Below the pieces are notes generated by a model that searched no databases, had not been told where the DNA came from, and worked only from the letters and a program-made list of their open reading frames with translations. Made by a program: the position numbers and the translations under genes. DNA of 64,000 bases, from the NCBI GenBank assembly GCA_040954595.2, contig CM082579.2:6313625-6377624 (forward strand). Reading direction: 5' to 3'. This document shows, one piece after another, positions 1-13,252 of this stretch. How positions within the stretch are numbered: position 1 is the first letter of the stretch; every line of letters starts with the position of its first letter. Origin of the DNA: Balanoglossus misakiensis. Taxonomy: Eukaryota; Animalia; Hemichordata.

Positions 1-3000
1 TGATGTCGACTTAATGAGAATCAGACTCTGCCGATGGAAGTATCTTTACTAGAAATCGTTTGGGGTGCATTCACCCGCAGTCTCTACGTGCCGAGGGGCA
101 AAAAACAGGCAATTTATGTTAGGGTGCGACTCTGTGGCTTCATAGAGATTTTCGAATTATTAATGGCCAAGAGCTGTTTCGTCTCCACGGGCAACGGCGA
201 CTGTATGTAGTCTGCTGCCAATCCAATATATATTTTTTTCCTTTTGAAAAACTGGATAAAAAATTTTCAGTTGGAAAGTGCTCCAACGTAAGATGTTGTC
301 ATTTGCTATTATCAGCATAGAGTAACAAATATCTGCGATTGCTGTAGTATAGGCGCGACAGCTTAAGCAGTTCTTCAATTCCTTCTCACCGAGACTGGCA
401 TATTCATTCCGCCTCCACGTATGACGTTTTACAGATGGCTCCAAACGTCATCATCAAGAAACTTTCACGAACGGCTACGTGCAGCTTGAGTCTCTTTAGA
501 CAAGTCGAAGGCAGCTGCCTGCGAAACTAAACGGCTAACAACTTGATTGTCAGAATCAATTTGTACCTTTTCCAAGAAACCGACAACGCGTGACTACTGA
601 TGAATTTCACTTCCATCACGGACGATTAAATGAATCGAGAGACGAGCAAATCCCTTCAGTACCCCCAGATTTTTTTTAACGGGGAAATAAAATGATTCAA
701 TTGATTGTGACAAAATAAATAGTATTGCGTGCGCCTTGTCTTGAATGATTTTGCATCCGGGGAGTTGAATCTTTAGTGTGGGGGATTAATGCGTTTTCGT
801 TTAGTTTAAGAAGAGCTGCCCCGGCCTTTTCTTTTTGGGATGTCATTACGCGGACTCCATTCTCAATTAATTTGCATTCAGCGCAATTCTTGTCTGTGTG
901 CATACACCACCTGTTAGCGGCTTCCCAGGTCTGTCTTCTTCCGACCTTTAGTGTAACTGACAAAAGCGGAAGCTTGACTTTCATATAACACTGCAAAGCG
1001 TGTGTGTGTGGGTTATAACTGCTCGGGATACATTGGAGGGACCTGTCACTTGAGATTGCGGTCACGTGCATGTCTCAGCGAGCGACATTTGGTCTTTTTG
1101 TCAGGAAGCGCTCGGCGCACAAAAAAAGATAATCAGTTTAAATACGAAAGGTAACGGCGTTGCGTGATCAGTAAGGAAGAAGAAGAAAACAACGGATACA
1201 AGTGTATTTCAGAAAATGTCAGGACTTTCCGGAAAGTGGCCCATCGCGGCGGTTTACGGGGTGGACTATATAACACTAATTGCGTTCGCATGTCAATTAT
1301 GAGACGGCTCAAGTTTTCAGTCCATTGTGCGCGTATACAGCAGAAGCGACGGTAAGCCACAACGACACTTGGGTTTACATGTACGGATGTACATGTGGAT
1401 GAATACATAATAAGCAACGTGTTGTGCGCGACACTGTTCACCTGTGGTTTTTAGTTCTGCTGCGATTAAAACCCACAGAGGTTAAAATTTCCAAGCGGGG
1501 TCTCCTGAAACCGACGCAACACTAGCCTTTTAATAGTTACATTTTTTTTAGAAGAAGCGAATCGATTGCTTCAAAGGTCCCCGAGGATGGCTTTCGCAAA
1601 CAGACAAAATTAACCGAGGAAGCGAGGTAAAATATCACTTTCCGACAGGATACTGCCTAACTCTGAATATGTGGACCTAAAATGCGACCTCGCATTTTAG
1701 ATCTCGTACACTCTCGAAATTGCACGCGGGATTTGGGGCTTAGCGTGTGATTAAACATCAGTTTTGGCTGCAGAGCACATTGTGTGTTTACCGCCAAATG
1801 TGCTGGAAGATTCGGCGTACCGAACAGAAGTCTTGTGAAGCGTACTACATCAAGAGTTTGCGCGGACACCTGCACACCCACCACCTCATTGCCGCCAAAA
1901 CCTAGTGCAGACGAGAATTTTTGCTCCCTGAACTTGGGAAACGGAACGGGAGAAAGACTACGTATATTTCTAAACTTTTTAAAAGGGAAACTTAATTAAC
2001 TTCATATTTGCAGAGAGCAATTTCAATTCGCTTGAAATTACACGATGTTCATCTTGAAAAGTAAAGCAATGAATTTAATAGACATAAATTGACAAAGATT
2101 TCCCAATGGCATTCAGAAATATTTACATTTACGTGTTATTCTTCAATTATCAAAAAATTCCACCCAGCAACCGACTGTTTAAGTCATCACTAGAAGCGGT
2201 AACAGAAATGCATTTCAATTTAATGGTTATTTTCTTATTTGCATAACCGAGAGAAAGCAGAGACGCGGGTCGTGATCATCTCAAAACGACTTCCTATCGA
2301 TCTGACTATTATGCCGCATCCGCTCGCCACATTCAATACGTGCGTAAATCTATTCCAATTGTATACAGAAATATATAATTATCTAATACCAACTTTTGAT
2401 AAGTTTACCAACAGAAAGTGTATTCTAATGTACCCAAATTTGGTAGAATTCCACAAGTCTGTGGGGGGGGGGGGGCAAAGAAGAACGAGCTTCTGCAAAA
2501 ATTCGGTACTGCATTTTCATCGATTATGAAAGTTCATCTTGGCAACTGTTGCTTAGCTGATTGAATCTTCCGATGTCGCCAATGCCAATGCATTTCACAT
2601 ATCTAGGGGCCCCCGAATACACTGGGTGGTGTAATGAGCAGGGCCGAGGCAGGATGAGCAACATTCTGAAAGTTCCCATGTCGCCAACAGGCACACCTAT
2701 TACAGCTTTGAACTAGCTAAATCAATAATAAACCACACTCTGCGATTCTCCGCTCGTCCAATAAAATCAAATCGACATCTGCTCCTGGTTATTTTTAAAA
2801 TGAAGGCAGCCCCTATTCGAGCTTACTCAATTATTGACATGTGACTTATGGAGGGCATCAATCAACCGACGAAACACAATAGGGTCCCCCGTTGATAGCC
2901 GTCATAAACTAAGATTCGATTGCGATATCTGCAGCGAAATTAGCAAAAACATAAATTAGGTTGATCTGTTGGAGCAATGATAACGCTTTGAAATATAACG

Positions 3001-5906
3001 CGGAAGGGCAAGGTTCATTAGGGGCGAGGCGAATCATTCATCGCCTCGCATTGTTTGCAGTCGCGGCATTTTGAACTGGTTTATATTTAGTTATGTGTCA
3101 AAACAAAGCATAAAACGGGGCATACACGACCGCAATAAATCACGGCAGTTGCGAGTGGAAGAGGTAATGAAAAAATACCGTAAAAATGACAAGTGCAGTT
3201 ATAGATTTAATCACACTTTTATTAAAAAATCGGGCGCGTTGAAAAGATGCCTCGCCACAAACGGTGCTAAAAGCTCTTTTGACCTAACACAAAGGATGCC
3301 ATCGAACTCACACACGCACAAGCAAGTCAGTGCAATGATATCTGCGGTTTTTGTTTCCGACGCTCGGCACGACAGAGTCAAGAATGTTGCAATGATTTCT
3401 TTCCTAGCAGGGAACACATATACATTGTCATAGTTTCTTTGCGGATAACTTTTAGTTAAAGCCCGTGTCAAAGCAAAGCATGCGGCGAGTGATTCCATGA
3501 AAAGTGTATAATATTACATATCATCTAATATGTGCCTGATATCGCCAAGGACCTGTAATCGAGTGCATAACATACACACACGGGTTCCTATACATCTTTA
3601 TAGTTTTTGAAGCATGTCTATATTTTAGTATAATAATAAAGAGGTAGCTATAATGAAATATGCATTGCAATTTGGCAGGTTTGAAATAACCCATGCCTAT
3701 CTCATTTGGAATAGAGCCGTCCAGACACGAACTTTCTCTTTCTTTAATGCCTTGTATAGATGGATAAAAAATTGGCTTTGAGAGTGCAGGACTTACATTA
3801 AAGGATTTTGCTTTTACAACTCACGCGCACGCATGCACTCGCGGAAGAAAAAAAAGCCATTCAAAACACATTAGGTTTTGACAACAAATAACATCGAATG
3901 AAGAATAAAATAACAGCGGAGACAAAATGGCCCTCAATTCGTGCCATTTAAAGGTTTTATAGTAACATCTCATTAAATGAAACGTGCCGAGAATTGGTTT
4001 CGCATGAAAGTCGTGTAATTTTTCTTTTCATTTGCCATTGTGTGTGCATGTCCACTGTAGTGTGAGCCACATTCGGTAAAATATACCCTTTCGTCACTTT
4101 TCGCGAGAGTTCGGCGAACTCACGCGAACCGTATCAAATCAGTTCTGTAAAGTCCGTGCTAAAATGCAATAAGTGGTGTTACATGGCAACACGCCGATAT
4201 GTAAGTCATATCCATTTGTAATTGTCTGCAAAGTTTCCCTTCACGAGTAGAATTTCAAATATCTCGTTTGAAGTGTTTTTTTTCCACGCTCCGTTACAAG
4301 ACGTGCTTAATTTGCCATGCAGTCATCCGAGTATAAGACGGTAGATGTTCCTTGTAAACAAGCCAGGGATACGATTTTGAATGACATCCGCATCAGAAAG
4401 AGTAATTTTTGTGTCATTTAAAAAATAACAATTGTACAACGCTTCAAAGCGTACGGTTAAACCTTCATAAAACCGTAATTTTTCATTCAACTGCTCATGT
4501 TTGATTGATATCGAGATAATTCATACGCCGAACTGATTGATAACGGCTTGGCTATATATGCAGACGTCACAGTCCGTTCAAAGAGCTCTGGGTGGGTACT
4601 GCGCAAAATCTTCTTCCTCGTCGAAAATCACAACAGTTGACCAAAAGCACACATCACTTTATAACAGTTAACTCAACATCAAAAGAGGGAGCTGTACTGA
4701 CGACGACTTTTGCAAACGTTTTGTTCACGTCACATCAAAAGTGGTGCACCTGTCAACTTTCTGTTAGGGCAAGTCTTGGAATCCTCTAGTGTGATGGACA
4801 GTTGAAGTTATTGGTTTTAAAAATTTATGACCCAATAAGATCAGCGGGGACGGTATAATACAAGGGGTTGTTTTGACAAGCAAAATTGAAAAATTACGGC
4901 CGACAGTTTTTTTTATTTCATGCTTCCCACAAAATGAAATATCTGTCACAAACACTCCTACCTATAGTGTGCAACTTAGTATTTGTTAAAATGATTAAAT
5001 CCACATTTAATTTAGGCGTCATATCATTTTTCTAAACGACAGTGACAAATGCGTCTAAAGGAAGTACCACTTTTTATCTTTATCGCGGAGAAAGCAAGGT
5101 TTAGGTTACAACACTGACAGGCTGGTCTATAGAGCTTGGAGTGACTGGGGTCTATGGTTATAAAATTCTCGCTACCTTAAATAGGTTTTTGCTACCTAGG
5201 TGAGTGATGAAAATCCCATATGGTCGACACAATTTCAAGATGGCCGATTTTGGCCACGTTTAACAAATGGAAGTTCATAAGTTGAAGTGATATTCGTTCA
5301 TTCTGAGACTTTGTAACAGAAAAAAATAACAAAATGTGAAAAGGTTGAGACAGTACACGAGACAGTTCGTTGCCTTTCTAAAGGGGCATTTATACTGACA
5401 CAATTCCTTCGTGGACTTGAATGTTGGGTCGTTCGTTATGCCGCCCAATAACACGAGTGGCGGTGTGATCAAATCACCAGATGTGTAGATCATCACCTGC
5501 GTACCGAAACCCTCTGAATATTAAATGTGATCCCCCCTCCTGTTCCCCAACACTACGACACGCATACATATGTATATGTAATTTCGGAGTCAACCACGGA
5601 TAAGGGCTACTTTACCCCGTCCACTGGTTGTGTGACTGACAGGCCAAATTAGATAATTTAATATGCTTGCAAACTTAAGCATGACAAAGATTAAGACCAT
5701 CTGCGGTGCAGCTATCACTTTTGCCTCCGTAAAGGCACTTAAGAGATCTGTAAGGCCAAGGGGCGATCATAAATTTTATTATTTCCATGATTAAAATTGC
5801 AGACTATGTCAGGATGGAGCATCGGGGTCTAATACAGTACGCAGTCGCCCGGTTGGAGTTCGATTCTACCATTTGCTTTCCGCGTGTTATGTATTGGAGG
5901 ATAATC

Positions 5907-6047
5907 TGTGTGTATGTGTGTGTATCTATCTGTCTGTCTTTTTGTTTGTTTGTTTGTTTGCCAGTCGGTCCGTCTGTTTGCTTGCGCGCGCTTGCGTGTT
6001 TGTTTGTTTGTTTGTTGTTTGCCTGTGTGTATGTGTCTGTCTGTGTA
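5907..6047. repeat. Compound microsatellite (TG/TCTG/TTTG)
   Basis: Runs of tgtg, tctg and tttg visible directly; explains the low-complexity ORFs 5787-6223. Confidence 0.85.
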
Positions 6048-8935
6048 ATCTAAAAAATAAAATATTGCTTTATGGTTTTGGAAACTATCAAACGGGAAAA
6101 CTTAACTATCTGGATTTTATATATTTCTGCTTTGCTTTCAATTTAAAAAAAAACACTGACAGTTGGCTGCTCTTCAAGCCTTCCGGTATAGTACTCCACT
6201 GGGTTTTCGCGCCTTCCCTTTAGTCCTGTCCACACTGTCGATTTGCACATCAGGTGGCTTTTATCGTACTCCGGTTTATACGATACAAAGGTTGTAAAAC
6301 TCCAATATGTACGCAAGAGGATTAACTTGCGATCGGACGCTCCGCAGAATAATATCAACCTGTGTGTGGCGTTGTTTGAAATCTCTCTCTCGCTCTCGCA
6401 GCCAAATCGAACGTAAACAGCAAAATGCAAAGTGTGTGTGTCACACAATTATCTCGGGAAAATTGAAATCGTCTACACCCGCGAGTATGTTTGCGTTTCC
6501 AATCAGAGCTTGTAACTTAAGTACACAGATGATGTAGTGAAAAAGCCACAAACTGCACCCCAAGAAATGAAACCGCGCTCTATTAAAGTATCGCAATTCG
6601 AAAACGATCGTTTTTTTTGTCAGAAAGCTGACAATGCCAGAATCAATTCGGATCGACTATTCGGTGGAAATCCTCACCGATCAAGCCTTGACTAATAAAA
6701 AGTGTATATTCTCCACACAGAAGGATGTTAGTACAAGCGAAATAATACCCCTCAATGTTTGTTGAAATCATGCCACGTTAGACATGCGCATAAATCTTAT
6801 ATGGAAGTCATATTTTCTATCACGGGCGAATTAATTGCTATTTTACTTGGGGCCCGCTGCTTCCCGGCGAAGGAATTGAGTTTGTTGTTCAATACTGCAT
6901 TCCATTTGATTTCTCGAAGGGCAATTTTCGACTAAACTCTGTTAAACCACACGGTATACTCGCAGCACAACCAGCTACAAATGTACCTGTCAAAAGCAAT
7001 CACGTAGCAACCAACCGAGCGACGGCGCAGTCACAGTTCGTCATTATGCCCATCAATGGCGCCACCTTGCCGGCCTACAAAACTCACGAAAAGGGTAACC
7101 ACAGCTCGACAGAAGCCAGCATTTTTTGAGCTTTTTGTTTCCAAACGTCAAAAATGGGGAATTCATGTTCTGGCAATATCTGGTGTAAGCTTTGCTAACA
7201 GAACTCTCGTGAAATGTGAATTATTTTGGAAACATAAAAAAACTGTTCCTATTTTGTTTCAGTTTTCAAAGTCAGGTCATAGTATCTGTGTCTAAGTGTA
7301 AAAGTTTTGTTTCTTTATTTCTTTCTTTCTTTCCACCCCCCCCCACCCGCATTTCATTTTACCCTAAATGGCAGTGTTTTTTTACGAATTACGCTCTGTC
7401 GCGATGGTATATTTCCAATGAACGATGTGTACCGACAATTGCTGCATTGTTCAAAGGAAAACAGGATCATTTCATAGAAAAATATCACAACCGGCCTGAC
7501 GTCACTGAAATTCTATTGAAAAACGTGCCTATAGTACTTGTGTGACTAACTTATCAAAATTGCCAGCTTCCTGTGTGACGGCACACGGAGTAGAGGGCTG
7601 TATGTAAATTTCAGTCCAGTTTTTTTCTCCTTCTTCTAGGGAGAGAGATTTGTTGCATTTCCCGCGGTGGCCATGTAACACTAACTGCCAAAGGCAAGCA
7701 GTAATCACCGCTCTACCTTCCGTAACGAGCTTCGGCATCACGAGTGTACTTCCAAAGTAATAAAAAACTTCTCTCCCGTAGCACAAAATTATGAAATTTG
7801 CATAAAACACTCGGGCGGGCAACCGGATCTTAATTGCCACTGATTTGTCCCCATGGCGACGGCCGTTCGCTCTCTTCCTTCACTTTCGGGCGTCCTCGCG
7901 AGAGAGGAGATTTGGCTTTGCGAATTTCCGTTGATATATCAAACACGATTGGTTTCAACGAGGTGTTACAGATTTACGCTTCCTGTTCTATGGCCATAAG
8001 ATTAATCAGGTGATACGCGTGTGGCCAATCGGTGAACAGGTGTGAGATGCAGACGACGAGCGAATCCAAGTCTACCTGCCTTGATGTTTTATATCAGGCC
8101 AGTAGCAACAGGCTTTACACTAATCGCGACATTTCACAATTTCGTTGGTTTCGTCCGTGTTAATTAGTTGATACATAGACACTATGGTTAAAGTCGTGAA
8201 TTTTTACTTGTGTGATTGATTTTTTTTTACTGCGGATGTCAATGTTAGGACATAAAACATTGAAACGCTTATTTCACACACGAGTTAGCATTTTCATCTC
8301 TTAGTTCCAAACCAAAAAGTCAACTGTACTTTCCACTTTGTACATTCACCGACAAACACGGTATCAGAGTTAGTGCGGAGTAAAAGACTTTTCGCGCGAC
8401 GGCGATATAATTCGTCATACTGAACGGCTACTAGACACATTTCTGCTTCATCCGGATAGTGCGTTTACTCGAATTTATTTACTGCGGTAGCAAGGGTTTA
8501 CCTGTTGGTGGGCAAGGCGTTTTTCAACCTCCCCATTTTGGACAGAATCATTACCTGTGAAAGAAGGTAGATAGACACACCACTTTGTCTACTCACTGTG
8601 TCGTCGACCGTCGTGATCACGCGCACGCCTGTCACGTGCGACTACTTGACAACAGGTCGGTGTGTAGAATTTCCTAGTAATACTCAACGGCGTTGCCAGG
8701 GCAATGTCAAGGACGTGCGCACGCACACGAACGTGGTCGAGAACAATACACACCAACTTACGCAAACACTCCAAACACCGTCAGTTTATCTATACATTAA
8801 GATCTATCTGCAACAACAACTTTTCAGTAGATTTGTTCAGAAAATCTGGATTGATATCGCTAAATACATAATATAATAAAATATTTAAATTTCAAGTTCT
8901 AACTAGAAACTTTCAATTTTTATATAGTAGCTCCC

Positions 8936-9031
8936 GATGATGATGATGATGATGATGACGACGACGACGACGACGACGACGATGATGATGATGACTATCA
9001 TGATCATGATCATAATGATAGCGATGATGAT
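8936..9031. repeat. Compound trinucleotide microsatellite (GAT)n(GAC)n(GAT)n with degenerate tail
   Basis: gatgatgat...gacgacgac...gatgatgat read directly. Confidence 0.9.
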
Positions 9032-11029
9032 GTTCACGTGCAAAACATGAACATATCCTGAATTCAGAACTACCTATCCGTTCGAACGGAGGTCGACCAC
9101 GGTGTGGGCACGTCGAATAGCAACAGTTTTATATTATTCCAGTAGTTTCGACGTAAGTGGAATTTATGTTCCAATAGCATGTTATTAAAACCCAACGTGT
9201 AAATTCTCATTACTCGTGCGGCCTTCATGTCACAAGACCCGTGCCAAAATGCCATTGATTCGCGTATGTTGACTTTTTTTAACCAGGAAAACAAAATGAA
9301 AATCCGTGGCTGGAACAAGAATTTACGATGGCACATCACTCAAGAAGGGTCCCCATCATCTTGAGGTCATAAAAGTGAGTTTGGCAATAACCTATCCGGT
9401 AATCTGCAAGATGTGTTACTCGTTCCATAATTTGCTTAAAGGCGGAGGTTATGTCTTAGGTTTGTTGCCAACATAATGGCTCGCTTTTAAAAAAATATCA
9501 CTCCTGGGTCCGCTTTCGTCTTAATATCTTGTTGCTTTGAACACGCTAGATCAACGATGAACTTAGAGCTCGATGTTGCAGACGTACTTTCTTTGGAGTT
9601 TTACGGTGATAGGCGACAATAAATATGTAAATGGCAGAATGGTCCCGAAGTCTATGTCTGGCTCATAAATTACGTTTTCTCTTTAATGGCGGATGGGGGG
9701 GGGGGGGGGGTAACGGGAGACAAAAACCCGACTTAACACGCAAAATCCAATCTGATTAAAATCAGCTGTAGAAATAGACACAGACGGCATCAGCAGAACG
9801 CGAACAACAGAAACATATAGCAAAGGTAAAGACGCCGCCTACATCTACAAGTGATTTTATTCAGATTGGCATAATTCATCATGCCATTGCGGACACTCGA
9901 CTCGCTACTCTACTCTAGAGACCAAGAAAAACAGCATAAATTGACACATGACTCACAAGATCTTGATAAAATCACAACATCGCATTCGTCACTCGTCGGG
10001 TAAAGAAAATCATCTCAGGTTATCACGTGACATCTTCAAAATTCAGTGTGAGTTTTTCAAAAGCGTTTGCGTGGTTATGTTAGCCGTGACTCCTACAACT
10101 GATGTCACACTTATTCAGAATACGTCCTTTTTTGGAGAGCCCTCTATTGATGTCATGAAGAAGAAACACTTGACGCGACGTGTACGTTATGCCGTGAAAG
10201 CGAGACATCTGCTCTCTCCGCAATATGTCGACGTCCCCGTGATTAAACAAGATGTGCAGTATTACGGAAAGGAAAAAAATACGCCGTTCTTGCGGAAGGA
10301 AGACTACAGTAAAAAATAAATGAGCCCTCCTTGTTTCGAGTTTTCCGCACCACGACTGTACACATGTACAGGCACATTAGACACGTTCCAAAGAATAATT
10401 TTATCAAATGGTTGAATTTTCTCAAATCGTTGAATTTGCTCCGCTTACTTTTTTACGTGTGGGCACGGTTGGCGCGTCAAGCTGTTTTGCCTCATGGTTG
10501 GTGCTAAACAGTTACTGTAGAGCTACAAACGCGACGTGGCGTGTGCGGCGAGACGCTGTTTCGCGGAAAACGCCAAGTCTGTGCGACACGCAAAATAGAA
10601 TTCTCTTTTATTATACAGTGTTGCTAATAGTTCAAACCTGTTTCAGCTTTATCTGAAGACGGGAAAGCCCTGAGTCGCTGTACGATCAGATGAGTAATCT
10701 CAGTTGTTGAGATGATTAGTATATAACAGACATCACTACCGCAAACAGCAACGTAAAGTGGGCGGCGGGGAGGGGAGTTGAATTGACTTAAAACTGGCAG
10801 AGGATAACCGCTATTAAAGTGATATAGTCACTGGCAAATGCATGTACCATTAGTGAAGTCGATGGAAAATTGATGACGCTTGCGTTATTTCCATTAAGGT
10901 TCAACGATAGATTCAAACTTCAATCTGTACCCCTGACCTTATATACCATCCGACCGTATGTCCAGAAAACCTTACGGAAACAAAACAAAAATGGGGGGAG
11001 GGGAGAAATACGCTATTTTTTTCTCTTAC

Positions 11030-11293
11030 CTCAGTGTTCAGGACGATCAGGTCCAAGTCGTAGCCTTCCAGCACGTCGTCGTTGCTGTTTATGTGGTCAA
11101 TTGCCATCTGCGCCGAGGCCAGGCAGTCGCGGGCGATCGGTCCGATGACATCCAGCTCGCCGGCAGAGTCGTTCAGGGGGAAAAATCCACCGATATAGAG
11201 CGGAACTTTGGCTCGGCACAGATAGGGGTGGAAGCAGAGACAGGCGAGGGCCGAGTAGAGGAGGAGGATCCACGTCTGCTTGGCGACGGTCAT
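11030..11293 (-). CDS. First coding exon (88 aa) of a GABA-B receptor-like class C GPCR (GABBR2-like): signal peptide plus N-terminus of the ANF-receptor/Venus-flytrap domain
   Basis: Translation MTVAKQTWILLLYSALACLCFHPYLCRAKVPLYIGGFFPLNDSAGELDVIGPIARDCLASAQMAIDHINSNDDVLEGYDLDLIVLNTE. It has a hydrophobic leader, then the YIGxxFP...AxxxAxxxIN...L.GY.L.L....TE pattern of GABA-B subunits (recalled: GABBR1 VYIGALFPM...[27 protein letters not shown], GABBR2 ...YFLDLRLYDTE). ATG context GCAACATG. The exon ends in a canonical donor GAG|GTAAGA at 11030/11029, phase 0, where GABA-B genes are split before the conserved CD motif. Locally GC-rich. Confidence 0.88.
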
Positions 11294-11306
11294 GTTGCTG
11301 GCACCC

Positions 11307-11392
11307 CTGCAAGGCAGGCGAAATAGGAACATGTTCACTCGACACCGCTTTCATGTATAATGAAATTACACAGTACACGCACACACACTCAC
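11307..11392 (-). other. Putative 86-nt 5'UTR intron upstream of the receptor start codon
   Basis: Minus strand has donor GACT|GTGAGT at 11392 and a pyrimidine-rich acceptor TTCCTATTTCGCCTGCCTTGCAG|G ending at 11307, 13 nt before the ATG. The acceptor is strong; pairing with this particular donor is inferred. Confidence 0.5.
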
Positions 11393-12060
11393 AGTCAGTG
11401 GCGAACGTATGATGGACGGCGACAGTCTCAACGCGGTGACGAGATCTGAGCGAAATCACGTGATCGGTGGCGTTACCTAGCGCTCGTGTTTGCCTCCGCG
11501 TGATTCATGGCGCACGCAAATACCCTTAATCAAGAGCGCACATAATACTAATTTGGAGCGTGTAAACATGCGTGATATTTCAGGTAATCGCCTGAAAGTG
11601 ACAAAGAGCTGCGTTTAATGTCGAAGATGTCTATCTTTTCACAGAAAAGGGTGATAAAATAAAATAACACGAAAAAGCTGAAAATTTACGCTTATCTTAT
11701 GGAATCCTCGTGTTTTTGAAGATCAGGTGGGGGAGGGGTGCAGAGTTTTGTTGCAAAACTAAGAATTTGAGTGCTTTACGTCATCAACGATGCCACCGTC
11801 CCCCACCTCATACATCTCGCGACTGTTACCCGCCATAGTTACTTCAGTGGCAGTACATGTACGAAATGTCAACGTTTTGTCATTTTCCCCATCTTTTCAT
11901 GGGCGTTACCGGGTCTACCGAACATACACCGAGCTAATGACGATCGCGGATCGAGGAAAGCGAGAGGCGATGTCAATTGATTTTATCTCGAGAGCTCTGT
12001 TGTGAGTGATCATTACCCTACAATCACCATTAAAAAAGCCAGCCTACCGTCACGTGACCG
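11393..12060 (-). promoter_or_regulatory. Candidate 5'UTR exon/proximal promoter region of the receptor gene
   Basis: CpG-rich stretches directly upstream of the first coding exon, with palindromic E-boxes TCACGTGA (11456-11463) and GTCACGTGAC (12049-12058). The TSS cannot be located from sequence alone. Confidence 0.3.
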
Positions 12061-13213
12061 ACGGCGCATAAGTATATGACAAAATCACCAGTCGCCCAAG
12101 TTAATACCGACACCGTCTGAAAAAATCTAATAAATTTCCCGTTTCACTCTCATTTATTCTGTACTTGATTTGTGTGTTTGTTTACATTCATTTCCCGCCG
12201 ATACGACGACCAGCCTTGATTGTGCGCTGTGTGAGGATAAAAACCCGCGGAATCTCAATCTTACAAGAGTTCATACTTATGACGTTCTGCTTATACTTAT
12301 CGGTTATATAAGTCTTGAAATGCAATATCTGTATATGGCAATATGGAGTAGGAGAATATTGTACGTGTTATTTACTTTCTACACACTTATTTTAAAGTAA
12401 CATACATCACTTATATATACATGTATATACGGACAGACGTAACCGCGTCCCTGTCCGAGTCAAATAGACCGTCATAAAATGAAATGGTAAAATATTCCGC
12501 CGTTGGGATTAAGGCCAAGGGTCACCTCGGGGACAATAAGGTTACTTTAATGTTTTATAGAGTACTACATTGACCCATCATCGTAGGTCACAAAGTACAT
12601 GTAATATGCCTGCAAATGCCTCCGAAGATAACAAGAAAGATGTAGACATTCACAAGCAAAGAACGTCAAATTTTAATTTAACCTTAACAAAATAAACACA
12701 GGCTAGTCCCCCTAAAACTTGACATGTCCTTAATACAGTAAACTAATATACAATGATTACCTGGCGTCACATTCGCGTTTTGTTATCAATTGCCAAGGCA
12801 AATTATGGTTCAATTGCCTTCTGCAGCGGACAACATGACAAATTACCCACGGACGAAAATGTATAACACTGTCGCTTGGGGATATTAAAACAGTATCTTT
12901 AATTTTGTGGAGAGGTTGCGGTCTCCACAGACTATTCATCATTTAGCCGAGGCAGTGTCATTTTCACTTCTTATAACTACTGAAAATCCGCAACAATAAT
13001 TACCAGTGCTATTACAAATTTCTGGGCGGTGGAGACGCAGCTGAACGGGCCGGTCCTGTGCTTCGGTGGGAAGATACACGTGTGGACATGATGCATCCCG
13101 TGGGTCTATGAATAGAATTTTACACGACACGCGTACGGTCAGTATTGAACGCTATACGTTCGTGTATGGTGTACGGCTTGACTGGAGACTGCATTACGAT
13201 TCGGCCCTTCAGA

Positions 13214-13252
13214 GAGACAGACAGACAGACAGACAGAGGGACAGACAGACAG
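13214..13252. repeat. (GACA)n microsatellite
   Basis: gacagacagacag... read directly. Confidence 0.85.

Noticed and set aside
5275-5496. Possible exon 2 of the receptor (CAG|GTG acceptor-like site, PPLVLLGG)
   Set aside because: Lacks the expected CD start, GCS and WN/SY motifs, has a weak pyrimidine tract and no clear donor.
10913-11338. Full 141-aa ORF as the receptor CDS
   Set aside because: The first 15 codons cross a splice acceptor and 5'UTR, and the part after NTE is intron read-through past the GTAAGA donor.
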